Positions 29,806 to 39,540 of a DNA stretch of 64,000 bases are shown here, one piece after another. How positions within the stretch are numbered: position 1 is the stretch's first letter; each line of letters starts with the position of its first letter. The position numbers and the translations under genes are program-made. The DNA is from an uncultured delta proteobacterium (GTDB taxonomy: Bacteria; Desulfobacterota; Binatia; Binatales; Binataceae), in NCBI GenBank assembly GCA_963842085.1, contig CAWJET010000001.1, forward strand, positions 2,336,001 through 2,400,000, in the 5' to 3' direction. Under the pieces are notes generated by a model, which had not been told where the DNA came from, did no database searches, and was given only the letters and a program-made list of their open reading frames with translations.

Positions 29806-30119
29806 AGCCGTCTCCCGTCAGTCGACCATTTTCGCCCGATGTTCGCCTAGCACCTTCGGCTACCAATTGTCGTGAACAATTGCAAGTCTGTAGTGAAATG
29901 TCGGCGATACGACAATGATTTCAAAGAGAAACGGAGATGATCGGACCAACAGCGTGTTGTGTACAGTACCACGCTATGCACACCCTCCATCGACAAACGA
30001 CGCCGTTGCGCGTAGGGCGATTCGACTGGGGATAACGCGCTGTGGGCAAAACAAACCAACAATTTCCAAAACCGCCCAGTACATTGCCTCCATTGCGAGC
30101 CGCTTCAGACCGAAAGCGC

Positions 30120-31796
30120 CTAGTTCGTGCCGGACCGCAACACTTGTCCCGGCAGGTAGCCCGAATGATGCCCGTGCTCGTAGAGCACGTCGCCGTTGAC
30201 GATCGTGTACTCGACGCCCTCCGCCGGCATCACGAGCCGGCGCCCGCCGCCGGGCAGATCGTTCTGCATGCGCGCGCGCTTGGCCGAGCCGACTTTGCGC
30301 TCGTCGAAGATCGCGACGTCGGCGGGCAGCCCGACCTTGAGCCGTCCGCGGTCCTTGATTCCGAAGAAGTCCGCCGGCTCCGACGTGATCCGCTTGATTG
30401 CATTCTCCAGCGTCAGCGCCTGCCGCTCGCGCACCCAGGTGCCGAGCAGGTAGGTGCAGTAGCCCGCGTCGCACAGCATGTTCACGTGCGCGCCGCCGTC
30501 CGACAGCCCGATCATCGTGCGCGGGTCGGCAATCAGCCGCTGAATTCCTTCCTCGTGATACTGCTGCATCGTGTACTGGATATTCAGATCGTCCTCGAGC
30601 GCGAGGTCGAAGAACGCATCGAGCGGATCCTGATGGCGCTGGTCGGCGACTTCGGCCACCGTCTTGCGCTCATATTGTTTCAGCGCGGGACTCGCGACCT
30701 CGAGCACCTCGACGCGATTCCATCTGCCCTGGAACAGATGCGGCCGCTTGAGCTCCTCGCGAAAGGCGCCGCGAAAAGCCGGGTCGCGGTAGAACTGCTT
30801 CTGCTTGTCGAGCGGCTGGTTGAACACCGGCCCCCATAGCTCCATGTCGGCGAACGAAAATGGATTGCGCAAATCCATCTGCACCACGAACGGCTTGCAC
30901 AGCACCTGCGGCACGCCGCCGCGCTTGATCAGGGGCTCGAGCCGCCGCAGAGTATCGGCGCTGGCCTCGGGTTTGTCGGGACGGCTCGCCATCGCGAGCC
31001 ACGTGACCGGACGCCCGCTCTCGTCGAGCAGAAATTCCAGCAGTCCCTGCTCGTCCTCCGATACGCGGCCCGCGCGCCGCGTGAGGGCCACCTCGATCGC
31101 GCCGCGCCCCGCGTCTCGCAGCACATTGGCGTAGGCCTTCAGCTCGTCGGTTGATGCCAGCCGGCACGCCAGCGGACGCCCCTGGTAGCCGATATGCTGC
31201 GGCAACGTAGTCGTGGAAAATCCGAAGGCGCCCGCGTCGACCGCCTCGCGCAGCAGCGCCGCGACCCGCGCCGTCTCCTCGGGCGTGGCCTTACGCTCCA
31301 TCGACTCGTCGCCGAGCACGTAGTGCCGAAATGGAGTCAGCGGCGCCAGGAACGCGAGATTGATTCCGGCGCCGCGACGCTCCGCCGCCGCGATAAACTC
31401 CGGAAAGCTCTCCCACTCCCACGTAATTCCCTTCGACAGCGCCTCGAATGGAATCGCCTCAACGTTCACCAGGTCCCACGCCGCCACCTCGCGCGCCGCG
31501 GGCTTGCACGGCGCAATGCCCACGCCGCAATTTCCCATCACGACGGTCGTAACGCCGTGCCACGAAGTGCAACTGACCAATGGGTCCCAGCAGATCTGCG
31601 CATCGTAGTGAGTATGCGGATCGACGAAGCCCGGTGCGACGATCAGGTCCGAGGCGTCGATCGTCTCCGCGCCGCCCTCGGTGACTTTTCCAATCTCGGC
31701 GATCTTCCCGTCCTTGACCGCGACGTCGGCGCGGCGACGAAACGCGCCCGTGCCGTCGATAACCGTGCCGTGCTTGATGACCAGATCGTAAGCCAT
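30120..31796 (-). CDS. N-acyl-D-amino-acid deacylase-type amidohydrolase
   Basis: GTVIDGTG, PGFVDPHTHYD, GVTTVVMGNCG, SDGGAH and RGRL..G..AD. Confidence 0.93.
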   Translation of the reverse strand: MAYDLVIKHGTVIDGTGAFRRRADVAVKDGKIAEIGKVTEGGAETIDASDLIVAPGFVDPHTHYDAQICWDPLVSCTSWHGVTTVVMGNCGVGIAPCKPAAREVAAWDLVNVEAIPFEALSKGITWEWESFPEFIAAAERRGAGINLAFLAPLTPFRHYVLGDESMERKATPEETARVAALLREAVDAGAFGFSTTTLPQHIGYQGRPLACRLASTDELKAYANVLRDAGRGAIEVALTRRAGRVSEDEQGLLEFLLDESGRPVTWLAMASRPDKPEASADTLRRLEPLIKRGGVPQVLCKPFVVQMDLRNPFSFADMELWGPVFNQPLDKQKQFYRDPAFRGAFREELKRPHLFQGRWNRVEVLEVASPALKQYERKTVAEVADQRHQDPLDAFFDLALEDDLNIQYTMQQYHEEGIQRLIADPRTMIGLSDGGAHVNMLCDAGYCTYLLGTWVRERQALTLENAIKRITSEPADFFGIKDRGRLKVGLPADVAIFDERKVGSAKRARMQNDLPGGGRRLVMPAEGVEYTIVNGDVLYEHGHHSGYLPGQVLRSGTN

Positions 31797-32119
31797 TTTC
31801 ACATCCTCCGGGATGCGATTCGAGCAAAACGCCTTAGCTTCCGGTATCGCAGGAAAGACTGTCCGCGCGCAAGTATGGTCGTTAAGGCGCGTGTTCCGCA
31901 AAGCACCACGACAGCGCTAATTCGTTACCTTCTGCTAACTACCGGTCATGCTGAGTCGAACTATGTGATGCTTCATCTGTGCCGAATGCCGCCCAGTGCT
32001 TTTTGCGCGAGTCGGTCGCGGTCCCGTGCCGTTGCCTACTTCGCGCGCCTAGTCGCAAGAACTATCCTCTTATATGATCGGTTCGCCGGGCGCATTTGTT
32101 GGGCAAGGAGAATAGTCAA

Positions 32120-32314
32120 ATGAAGGTCGCTGTCGATCTGAAACTGTGCGAGGGAAACATGAAATGCCAGGAGGCGGCGCCGGAAGTCTTCGAGGTGCGC
32201 GACGACGACAAGAGCCATCTGTTGATCGAAAACCCGCCCGAGCGGATGCGCGACAAGCTCAAGCTGGCGGCGCGGCTGTGTCCGCGCCAGGCGATCACGG
32301 TCAGCGATGATTAG
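32120..32314 (+). CDS. Ferredoxin, probably [3Fe-4S]
   Basis: CEGNMKC...CP, with Asn at the second Cys position; AGGAG SD; precedes the P450. Confidence 0.9.
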   Translation: MKVAVDLKLCEGNMKCQEAAPEVFEVRDDDKSHLLIENPPERMRDKLKLAARLCPRQAITVSDD

Positions 32315-32422
32315 TCGCCGGCCTGGGCAATCAGCCGCCGATTGACCCGATGACTCGCGACGCGTGACAGGTCAGAATGCAGAATCGAGACCGAAATCCC
32401 GGGATCGCGGAGACGCTCGCCA

Positions 32423-33682
32423 ATGGAAACTGAACAGGCACTGTCGCTTGAATCGTTGAACATCATCGGTCCCGACCACTACATGAAAAACGGCTATCCG
32501 CATCGCGAATGGACGTATCTGCGCAAGCACAAGCCGGTTTTCTGGTGCGAGTATCCAAAGACCGACCCATTCTGGGCGATTACCAAGCACGCCGACATCA
32601 TCCAGATCTCGAAGCAGCCGCGCCTGTTCCTCAACGGGCCCCGCTTGCTGGTGTTCGTCAACGAGGAAGGACTCGAGGAGAGTCCGACGCCGCCGTTTCG
32701 CCACCTGCTCGACATGGACCCTCCCGACCACGGCGAATATCGCGTCGTCGTCAGCCGCCACTTCACGCCGCGCGGCGTGCGTCCGCTCCAGCCGGAAATC
32801 GAGAACATCACGCGCGGCGTGCTCGACGACGTGACCGGCCGCGACACCTGCGACTTTGTCACCGACGTATCGTCGAAGATTCCGCTCGCCGTCATCGCCG
32901 AGCTGTTGGGTGTTCCGCATAAAGACTGGGAGCAGCTCTTCCGATGGACCAACGAGACGATCGGCGGCGGCGACCCCGAGTTCCAGGCCGGCACGAGCGC
33001 GCAGGAGACGATGGATCGTTCGCGGCTGGGACTGTTCCAGTATTTCACCGACATGGTGGCGCAGCGGATGAAGCATCCGACCAACGACATCACCAGCATC
33101 GTCGCCAACGGCAAGGTCAACGGCCAGCCGATCCCGCAGTTCGAGATGTTGTCGTACTATTTCCTGCTGGTCGTGGCCGGCAACGAGACCACGCGTAACG
33201 CGACCACCGGCGGCCTGCTGGCTTTCATCGACAATCCGGGCGAGTGGCAGAAGCTCAAGCGCAATCCCAGGTTGATCGACTCGGCGGTCGAGGAGATCGT
33301 CCGATGGACGACGCCGGTCATTCAATTCGCGCGTACCGCGACCGAAGATACCGTTGTTCGCGGCCAGAAGATCAAGGCCGGCGAGTCGGTATGCCTGTTT
33401 TATCCGTCGGCGAATCGCGACGAAGAAGTTTTCAAGGATCCTTTCAAGTTCGACATCAGCCGCAATCCGAATCCGCACATCGCATTCGGCATCGGCGAGC
33501 ATTTCTGCCTCGGCGCCAACCTCGCGCGGCTCGAGCTGAAGGTGATTTTCAGCCAACTGGCACAGCGCCTCGATCACGCCGAGCTGGCCGGCCCCGTCGA
33601 GCGGCTGCGCTCGAGCTTCGTCGGCGGCATCAAGCACATGCCGATTCGCCTCAAGATGAAGCCGGCCGCCAAGGCGGCCTGA
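32423..33682 (+). CDS. Cytochrome P450 (CYP124/125-like)
   Basis: DPPDH, AGNETT, EEIVR and FGIGEHFCLG heme motif. Confidence 0.96.
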   Translation: METEQALSLESLNIIGPDHYMKNGYPHREWTYLRKHKPVFWCEYPKTDPFWAITKHADIIQISKQPRLFLNGPRLLVFVNEEGLEESPTPPFRHLLDMDPPDHGEYRVVVSRHFTPRGVRPLQPEIENITRGVLDDVTGRDTCDFVTDVSSKIPLAVIAELLGVPHKDWEQLFRWTNETIGGGDPEFQAGTSAQETMDRSRLGLFQYFTDMVAQRMKHPTNDITSIVANGKVNGQPIPQFEMLSYYFLLVVAGNETTRNATTGGLLAFIDNPGEWQKLKRNPRLIDSAVEEIVRWTTPVIQFARTATEDTVVRGQKIKAGESVCLFYPSANRDEEVFKDPFKFDISRNPNPHIAFGIGEHFCLGANLARLELKVIFSQLAQRLDHAELAGPVERLRSSFVGGIKHMPIRLKMKPAAKAA

Positions 33683-33695
33683 GGAGGCGTCTCCG

Positions 33696-34394
33696 ATGAT
33701 TACTCCGCGCAAGTCTGCCGCCCGCGGACGCACCAAAATCGACTGGCTCGACAGCCGTCACACTTTCTCGTTCGGCGACTACTACGACCCGGGCCAGATG
33801 GGATTTCGGACGCTGCGCGTCATCAACGAGGATCGCGTCCGTCCGGGCGCGGGTTTCCCAACGCACGGGCATCGCGACATGGAGATCATCACCTACATTC
33901 TCGAAGGCGCGCTCGAGCACAAGGACAGCCTCGGCACCGGCTCGATCATTCGTCCCGGCGAAGCGCAGCGAATGAGTGCGGGCACGGGAATCACGCACAG
34001 CGAATTCAATCATTCGAAGACCGACCCGGTTCATTTTCTGCAGATTTGGATCAGGCCTTCCACGCCCGGCATCGCCCCCGGCTACGAGCAGAAGACGATC
34101 GACGATGCGAAGGCGCACGGCGGCTTCGCACCGATCGGCTCTCCCGACGGCGGCGGTCGGTCAGTGAAAATTCACCAGGACGCGATGCTGTCGGTAGCAA
34201 AACTCGAGCGCGGACAGACTGTCGCGATCAATCTGAAAAAGGGCCGCCACGGATGGGTGCAAGTAGCGCGCGGCGCGGTCACAGTTAACGGCACGCCACT
34301 CGCGGAGGGTGACGGCGCCGCGATCAGCGACGAAGAGAAAGTGGCGATCGTAGCCAGCACGCCCGCGGAAGTACTGTTCTTCGATCTGGCCTGA
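33696..34394 (+). CDS. Pirin family protein (YhhW-like)
   Basis: LRVINED, HGHRDMEIITY and MSAGTGITHSE. Confidence 0.95.
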   Translation: MITPRKSAARGRTKIDWLDSRHTFSFGDYYDPGQMGFRTLRVINEDRVRPGAGFPTHGHRDMEIITYILEGALEHKDSLGTGSIIRPGEAQRMSAGTGITHSEFNHSKTDPVHFLQIWIRPSTPGIAPGYEQKTIDDAKAHGGFAPIGSPDGGGRSVKIHQDAMLSVAKLERGQTVAINLKKGRHGWVQVARGAVTVNGTPLAEGDGAAISDEEKVAIVASTPAEVLFFDLA

Positions 34395-34405
34395 GTCAGC
34401 CGCGC

Positions 34406-35086
34406 TCAACCCTTCGTCGCCGCGCGCAACCGCGCCAAATCGTAATCCCGTAGCTGATCGATTCTGTCCACGGTGACGTCGGGCGTCATGTACATGGCCA
34501 CCTCCTTCGCGTCAGCCGCGTAATGCCCCTGGCGAGGGAACACCGTCGTTACGCGCGCGCCCCACGTCTTTTTCACCGCGTCGAGGATTCGCACCTTGTC
34601 ATCGATCAGCACGTAATGATCGGCGGGGTAGCGCGCCTTCACGTCGTCGAGTTCCTGCTCCTTGTGGATGTAAATCATTACGTTCTCATCGACCGCTTCG
34701 CGGATTCCCGACCGTTCGATCTTGAGCGGCTGAAAAATCATGTCGCCATCGGACAGGATCGCCGTCTCGCCGCATTGCTTGTATTGCTCGATCACGTCGA
34801 GCGCGCAGGGAAACAGCCGGTTCGCGAAATGGTAGTTCATCAGGAAGTACGAGACCGCAATTATTCCGAAGTCGCGCGGATGATTGACCCGGTAGCGCTG
34901 CAGCGCGCCCAGATAGTCCGCGTAGCCGAGCTCGGTGCGCAGCTCCTCGAAATACTCCCAGTAGCGCTGCTGCTGATCGTTGCCGATATCGCGCTCCAGG
35001 TTGCGCTTCATGTCGGCCACGATGCGATCGTTGTCGAGCAGCGTGTTATCCACGTCAAACAAAAAAACGACATGTTCTCGTGCCAT
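34406..35086 (-). CDS. HAD-superfamily hydrolase
   Basis: FLFDVDNTL, ILSDGD and IDDK. Confidence 0.9.
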   Translation of the reverse strand: MAREHVVFLFDVDNTLLDNDRIVADMKRNLERDIGNDQQQRYWEYFEELRTELGYADYLGALQRYRVNHPRDFGIIAVSYFLMNYHFANRLFPCALDVIEQYKQCGETAILSDGDMIFQPLKIERSGIREAVDENVMIYIHKEQELDDVKARYPADHYVLIDDKVRILDAVKKTWGARVTTVFPRQGHYAADAKEVAMYMTPDVTVDRIDQLRDYDLARLRAATKG

Positions 35087-35121
35087 CGGTCCGAAGTCCT
35101 CCGCCGACAATGATTGCGATT

Positions 35122-36207
35122 CTAACGCGCTGAGGGAATCGGGGTGGCGCCGTGTGCGCTCGATTCGTAGCACGCCTCGACCACCGCCATCGTGCGGAGC
35201 GCGTCCTCGACCCCGGAGACCAGCTTTGAATCCTCGCCCGCCGCAAAGCGCTGCAGGTTCGACACCGGACCCTCGAACGCCTCGAGAAACCACGAGCCGC
35301 GCAGCGCAATCGGGACCCAGCCGTTCGAATCTTCGCTCGCGATCTCGAGCGTGTCGAGCTCGCCCGCGGGATAATTGAGATTCACGCCCATCTTGGCGAT
35401 TGCGGCGCCGCGCGTGCCTTCGAGCTTGAGCTGCGACATCCCGTAGCGTCCGCCAAAGGTGTGCGCGTGATTCATCGTCAGGCTGCATCGAATGGTCTCG
35501 CCATAGTCGAGCACGATGCTGGTGCGGGTGTCCGCGTACTCCGGCATCGCCGGATGGCGCACGCCCTTACAATACACGCCGCGCGGTTCGCCTATCAGCG
35601 AGCGAATCAAATCGAGGTAATGAATCGAATGCATCAGCACCTCGAGGCGCGGCACGCCCTTGAGGAACGCCCAGTAGTTCCACGGCGTGTGAAGATTGAT
35701 CCGCACTTCGAGGTCGAGCACCCCGCCGAAAACGCCGCGTGCGAGCGCGTCCCTGACCGCCAGCATGTTGGGCGCGAAGCGGAGCTGAAAATTCACCGCG
35801 GCGGCCAGCTTTCGCTCGGCGCAAATCACAGCTATCCGGCGGGCGTCGGCAAGGTCGCGGCCGATCGGCTTTTGAATCAGCACCGCGGCGCCGGATGGCA
35901 GCCGTTCCAGCACGCCTGCAATATGTTGCGGCGGGATCGCGACGTCGAAAATCACATCGCGCATCGACGCGGCTTCATCGATCGTCTCGAATACGCGCGG
36001 AATCGCAAACGCCGCCGCCCGCTCGCGGCTTGCTTTGGGATTCACGTCGAAAATGCCGGCGACCGGGAAGCCGAGACGTTGATAAACCGGCAGATGAGCG
36101 TCGCGAACGATGCTGCCGGCGCCGATCACGACGATCGGTTTCGCCGCCGACGGACGCGGCCATGACTGCCGCAAGTCGCGGATCGAAGCTGGCAATTCAG
36201 TCGTCAT
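35122..36207 (-). CDS. Gfo/Idh/MocA family sugar oxidoreductase
   Basis: GAGSIV, IQKP, NFQLRF and HSIHYLD. Confidence 0.9.
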   Translation of the reverse strand: MTTELPASIRDLRQSWPRPSAAKPIVVIGAGSIVRDAHLPVYQRLGFPVAGIFDVNPKASRERAAAFAIPRVFETIDEAASMRDVIFDVAIPPQHIAGVLERLPSGAAVLIQKPIGRDLADARRIAVICAERKLAAAVNFQLRFAPNMLAVRDALARGVFGGVLDLEVRINLHTPWNYWAFLKGVPRLEVLMHSIHYLDLIRSLIGEPRGVYCKGVRHPAMPEYADTRTSIVLDYGETIRCSLTMNHAHTFGGRYGMSQLKLEGTRGAAIAKMGVNLNYPAGELDTLEIASEDSNGWVPIALRGSWFLEAFEGPVSNLQRFAAGEDSKLVSGVEDALRTMAVVEACYESSAHGATPIPSAR

Positions 36208-36250
36208 CGCCGGTCGCGCGATGCTACCATGCCGCACAGAGGAAGCGATC

Positions 36251-37555
36251 ATGGCGCGCACAATCTCGGGACTCAGCGTCCGCGACATCCGAACTCCGAC
36301 TTCGCGCACGCTGGCGGGCTCCGACGCCGTCCACACCGATCCCGACTACTCCGCCGCATATGTAGTCCTCACCACCGACGCGCGGGACGGACTAGAAGGC
36401 CATGGCATGACGTTCACGCTCGGCCGCGGCAACGAGGTGGTGGTGACAGCCGTCCGCGCGTTGCAGCATCTCGTGGTCGGCTCGACGTACGACGACATAG
36501 TCGCCGACCTTGGTGGCTTCTGGGATCGACTCACTTTCGAGAGCCAGCTCAGGTGGATCGGCCCGGAGAAGGGCGCGATTCATCTCGCCACGGCTGCAAT
36601 CGTAAATGCGGTCTGGGACCTCTACGCCAAAATCGAGCGCAAGCCGGTGTGGAAACTCGTCGCCGACATGACGCCGGAGCAGTTCGTCTCATGCATCGAC
36701 TTCCGCTATCTCACCGACGCTCTCACCCGCGACGACGCGCTCGCGATTCTGCGCGCCGGATTCGCCACGCGCGGCGAGCGCGAAGCGCAGATGCGCAAGG
36801 AGGGCTACCCTGCGTACATCACGTCCGCCGGATGGATGGGATATCCAGACGACAAAGTTCGCCGGCTGTGCCGCGAGGCGCTCGCCGCGGGATGGACCCG
36901 GTTCAAGATAAAAATAGGGCGCGACGCTGGCGCCAACGTTCATCGCGCGGCGCTGGTGCGCGGAGAAATCGGACCGCGCGCGGTTATGATGATGGATGCG
37001 AACCAGGCGTGGGACGTCGGCGAAGCGATCGAGTTCATGCGCCCGCTGGCGCGCTTCAATCCTTTGTGGATCGAAGAACCCACCAGTCCCGACGACGTCC
37101 TCGGCCACGCCACGATTCGGCGCGCGATCGCGCCTATTGGAGTCGCGACGGGAGAGCACGCGGCCAACCGCGTGATGTTCAAGCAGTTGATGCAGGCCGG
37201 CGCGATCGACTTCTGCCAGTTCGACAATTGCCGCCTCGGCGGACTCAGCGAAGCGCTTGCCGTGCTGCTGCTAGCCGCGAAGTTCGGCGTGCCGGTTTGC
37301 CCGCACGCGGGCGGAATCGGACTGTGCGAGTACGGCCAGCACGTTTCCCTGATCGATTACATTTGCGTGAGCGGCAGCCTTGACCACCGGATGATCGAGT
37401 TCGCCGATCACCTGCACGAACACTTTAAGGATCCCGTCGTCGTGCGCGGCGACCGCTACATCGCGCCGACGGCGCCGGGATTCAGCATCGAGATGCTCCC
37501 CGCCTCGCTCACGGCGTTCGAGTTTCCCGGCGGATCGGAATGGAGAAGGAAATGA
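36251..37555 (+). CDS. L-fuconate dehydratase (enolase superfamily)
   Basis: GSDA.H.DPDYSAAY, SQLRWIGPEKG, KIKIG, DANQ, EEPTSPDD, TGEH and CPHAGG. Confidence 0.92.
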   Translation: MARTISGLSVRDIRTPTSRTLAGSDAVHTDPDYSAAYVVLTTDARDGLEGHGMTFTLGRGNEVVVTAVRALQHLVVGSTYDDIVADLGGFWDRLTFESQLRWIGPEKGAIHLATAAIVNAVWDLYAKIERKPVWKLVADMTPEQFVSCIDFRYLTDALTRDDALAILRAGFATRGEREAQMRKEGYPAYITSAGWMGYPDDKVRRLCREALAAGWTRFKIKIGRDAGANVHRAALVRGEIGPRAVMMMDANQAWDVGEAIEFMRPLARFNPLWIEEPTSPDDVLGHATIRRAIAPIGVATGEHAANRVMFKQLMQAGAIDFCQFDNCRLGGLSEALAVLLLAAKFGVPVCPHAGGIGLCEYGQHVSLIDYICVSGSLDHRMIEFADHLHEHFKDPVVVRGDRYIAPTAPGFSIEMLPASLTAFEFPGGSEWRRK

Positions 37556-38358
37556 AGCACAGAATCAGATTATCGTTGTTCGTCCTGCTAGCTCTGTCGA
37601 TCGCTGCGATCTCACCAACTCAGTCCGCGTCGGCCGCGGATGACACGTCCGCGCTCCAGGCGGCGATCGCGGGACCGCAACGCTCCGAGGCCAACAAGGC
37701 TCGCGACAAGTATCGCCATCCGCTCGAGACGCTGACCTTCTTCGGGATCCAGCCCGACATGACCGTGGTCGAGATCTCACCCGGCGCCGGTTGGTATACC
37801 GAAATCCTCGCGCCATTTCTCAGGGACCACGGCAAGCTCTACGAAGCGGTGGGAGCTGGACCGGGCGCGAAGACCTTCGAGGACAAACTCAAGGCCGATC
37901 CCGCGGTATACCGACAGGTAATCGTAACTACGCTCCAGCCGCCGGCTCAAACGGAGATCGCCCCGCCGGACTCGGCCGATATGGTCCTGACGTTTCGCAA
38001 CGTCCACGACTGGCTTCCGCGTGGCACCACGGAAGACTACTTCAAGGCTTTTTATCGCGCGCTGAAACCCGGCGGAATCCTGGGCATTACCGACCATCGC
38101 GCCGATCAGTCGCAGCCGCAGGATCCCAACGCCAAAAGCGGATATGTACGTCAGGACTATATGATCAAACTGGCGGAGCAAGCCGGCTTCAAGCTGGCGG
38201 GTACGTCGGAGATCAATGCGAATCCCAAGGACCTGCGGGATCATCCGGTGTGGTACCTGCCGCCAACCTTGCGCCAGGGAGAAACCGATCGCGCCAAGTA
38301 TCTGGCAATCGGCGAAAGCGACCGGATGACGCTCAAGTTCATCAAGCCGGCGACCTAG
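37552..38358 (+). CDS. Exported class I SAM-methyltransferase-like protein (COG4798-like)
   Basis: Signal peptide, RHPLETLTFFG, EISPGAGWYT, TFRNVHDW and GESDRMTL; ATGA overlap with the upstream gene. Confidence 0.85.
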   Translation: MKHRIRLSLFVLLALSIAAISPTQSASAADDTSALQAAIAGPQRSEANKARDKYRHPLETLTFFGIQPDMTVVEISPGAGWYTEILAPFLRDHGKLYEAVGAGPGAKTFEDKLKADPAVYRQVIVTTLQPPAQTEIAPPDSADMVLTFRNVHDWLPRGTTEDYFKAFYRALKPGGILGITDHRADQSQPQDPNAKSGYVRQDYMIKLAEQAGFKLAGTSEINANPKDLRDHPVWYLPPTLRQGETDRAKYLAIGESDRMTLKFIKPAT

Positions 38359-38383
38359 GAATCGAGGTAGACCGCAGCGCTGG

Positions 38384-38716
38384 TCAGAGCGAGAAGACCA
38401 GCTTCATCTCGGCCCACCATTCGCCCGGCTGCGCGCCGGGCACGGGCTCCTGCATCGAGGCCATCAGTTCCTGCCACTCGCGAGTGCGCTGATTGCTCGC
38501 CTCGTAGCGCGCGAAGTCGCGCTCGGGATCGAATGCATCCGTCGTCTCCATGAACATGAACAGTTGGCGGCCGAGCATGAAGATCAGCATCCGCTCGATG
38601 CCGATGGACTTGAGCCCGCGCTCGACCTCCGGCCAGATCGCGCGATGATGTTCGAGGTAGCGCTCGATGATCTGCGGATCGTCCTTCAGGTTGATCGTGC
38701 GGCCGTACTGTTTCAT
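38384..38716 (-). CDS. L-rhamnose/L-fucose mutarotase family protein
   Basis: Y..HH..IWPE, LFMFME, EWQELM and WWAEM..VF. Confidence 0.88.
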   Translation of the reverse strand: MKQYGRTINLKDDPQIIERYLEHHRAIWPEVERGLKSIGIERMLIFMLGRQLFMFMETTDAFDPERDFARYEASNQRTREWQELMASMQEPVPGAQPGEWWAEMKLVFSL

Positions 38717-39492
38717 CAGAATGCGAGCACGCCGCCGTCGATTGGATACGCCTGTCCCGTGATAAACGAGGCCTCGTCCGAGCACAGGTAGAGCGCGAGC
38801 GCCGCGACTTCTTCGGGCGTGCCCATCCTGCCGAGCGGCTGATACTCCGACAGTTGCTTGAACATCTCGGCTTCGCGTCCCGGATAAGTCGTGCGCAAGT
38901 ATCCGTCGACGAACGGCGTATGCACGCGCGCGGGGCAAATGCAGTTGCAGCGGATGCCGCGCTTGACGTAATCGACCGCGATCGATCGCGTCATCGTCAG
39001 CACCGCGCCCTTGCTCATCGAGTAGGCGAAGCGATCGGTGAGGCCTATCAGCGACGCAATCGACGCGAGATTGAGAATCACGCCGCCGCCGCTCGCGAGC
39101 GTCCGGCGCACGGCGGCCCGCGAACAGAGAAAGATGCCCTTCACGTTGACGGAATAGATCCGGTCGAAGTCTTCTTCCGAGGTGCTCTCGACGGTGCCGA
39201 TGTTCGCGATTCCGGCGTTGTTTACCAGTATGTCGATCCGCGCCGTATTCCGGTCTGAATCAATGCGTTTGAAGGCGGCTTCCACCGAGTCAGCGCCAGC
39301 TACGTCGCATTCGAGCGCCGATGCGACGCCCCCGGCCGCACGAACACTCTCGACCCCGGCCGCGGCCGCTTTGAGATCGCGATCGAGAGCGAAGACGCGT
39401 GCGCCGTTGCGTGCGAACGTCGAGGCAATCGCGAGGCCGATTCCCGAGGCTGCGCCGGTGACGATCGCGGTCTTGCCGTCGAGTCGAAACAC
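38716..39492 (-). CDS. SDR oxidoreductase (2-keto-3-deoxy-L-fuconate dehydrogenase-like)
   Basis: TGAASGIG, NNAG, YSMSKG and ICPARVHTPFV; fucose-cluster context. Confidence 0.88.
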   Translation of the reverse strand: MFRLDGKTAIVTGAASGIGLAIASTFARNGARVFALDRDLKAAAAGVESVRAAGGVASALECDVAGADSVEAAFKRIDSDRNTARIDILVNNAGIANIGTVESTSEEDFDRIYSVNVKGIFLCSRAAVRRTLASGGGVILNLASIASLIGLTDRFAYSMSKGAVLTMTRSIAVDYVKRGIRCNCICPARVHTPFVDGYLRTTYPGREAEMFKQLSEYQPLGRMGTPEEVAALALYLCSDEASFITGQAYPIDGGVLAF

Positions 39493-39540
39493 GACTCGAA
39501 CACTAAAACAGGCAAGCGCCGGATGACAACCGGGTCAGGT

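Noticed and set aside
28853-29940. Direct repeat flanking the dCTP deaminase cassette (CAATGAT.. at about 28859 and 29913)
   Set aside because: Only a 7-bp exact core in A-rich context; too weak to call
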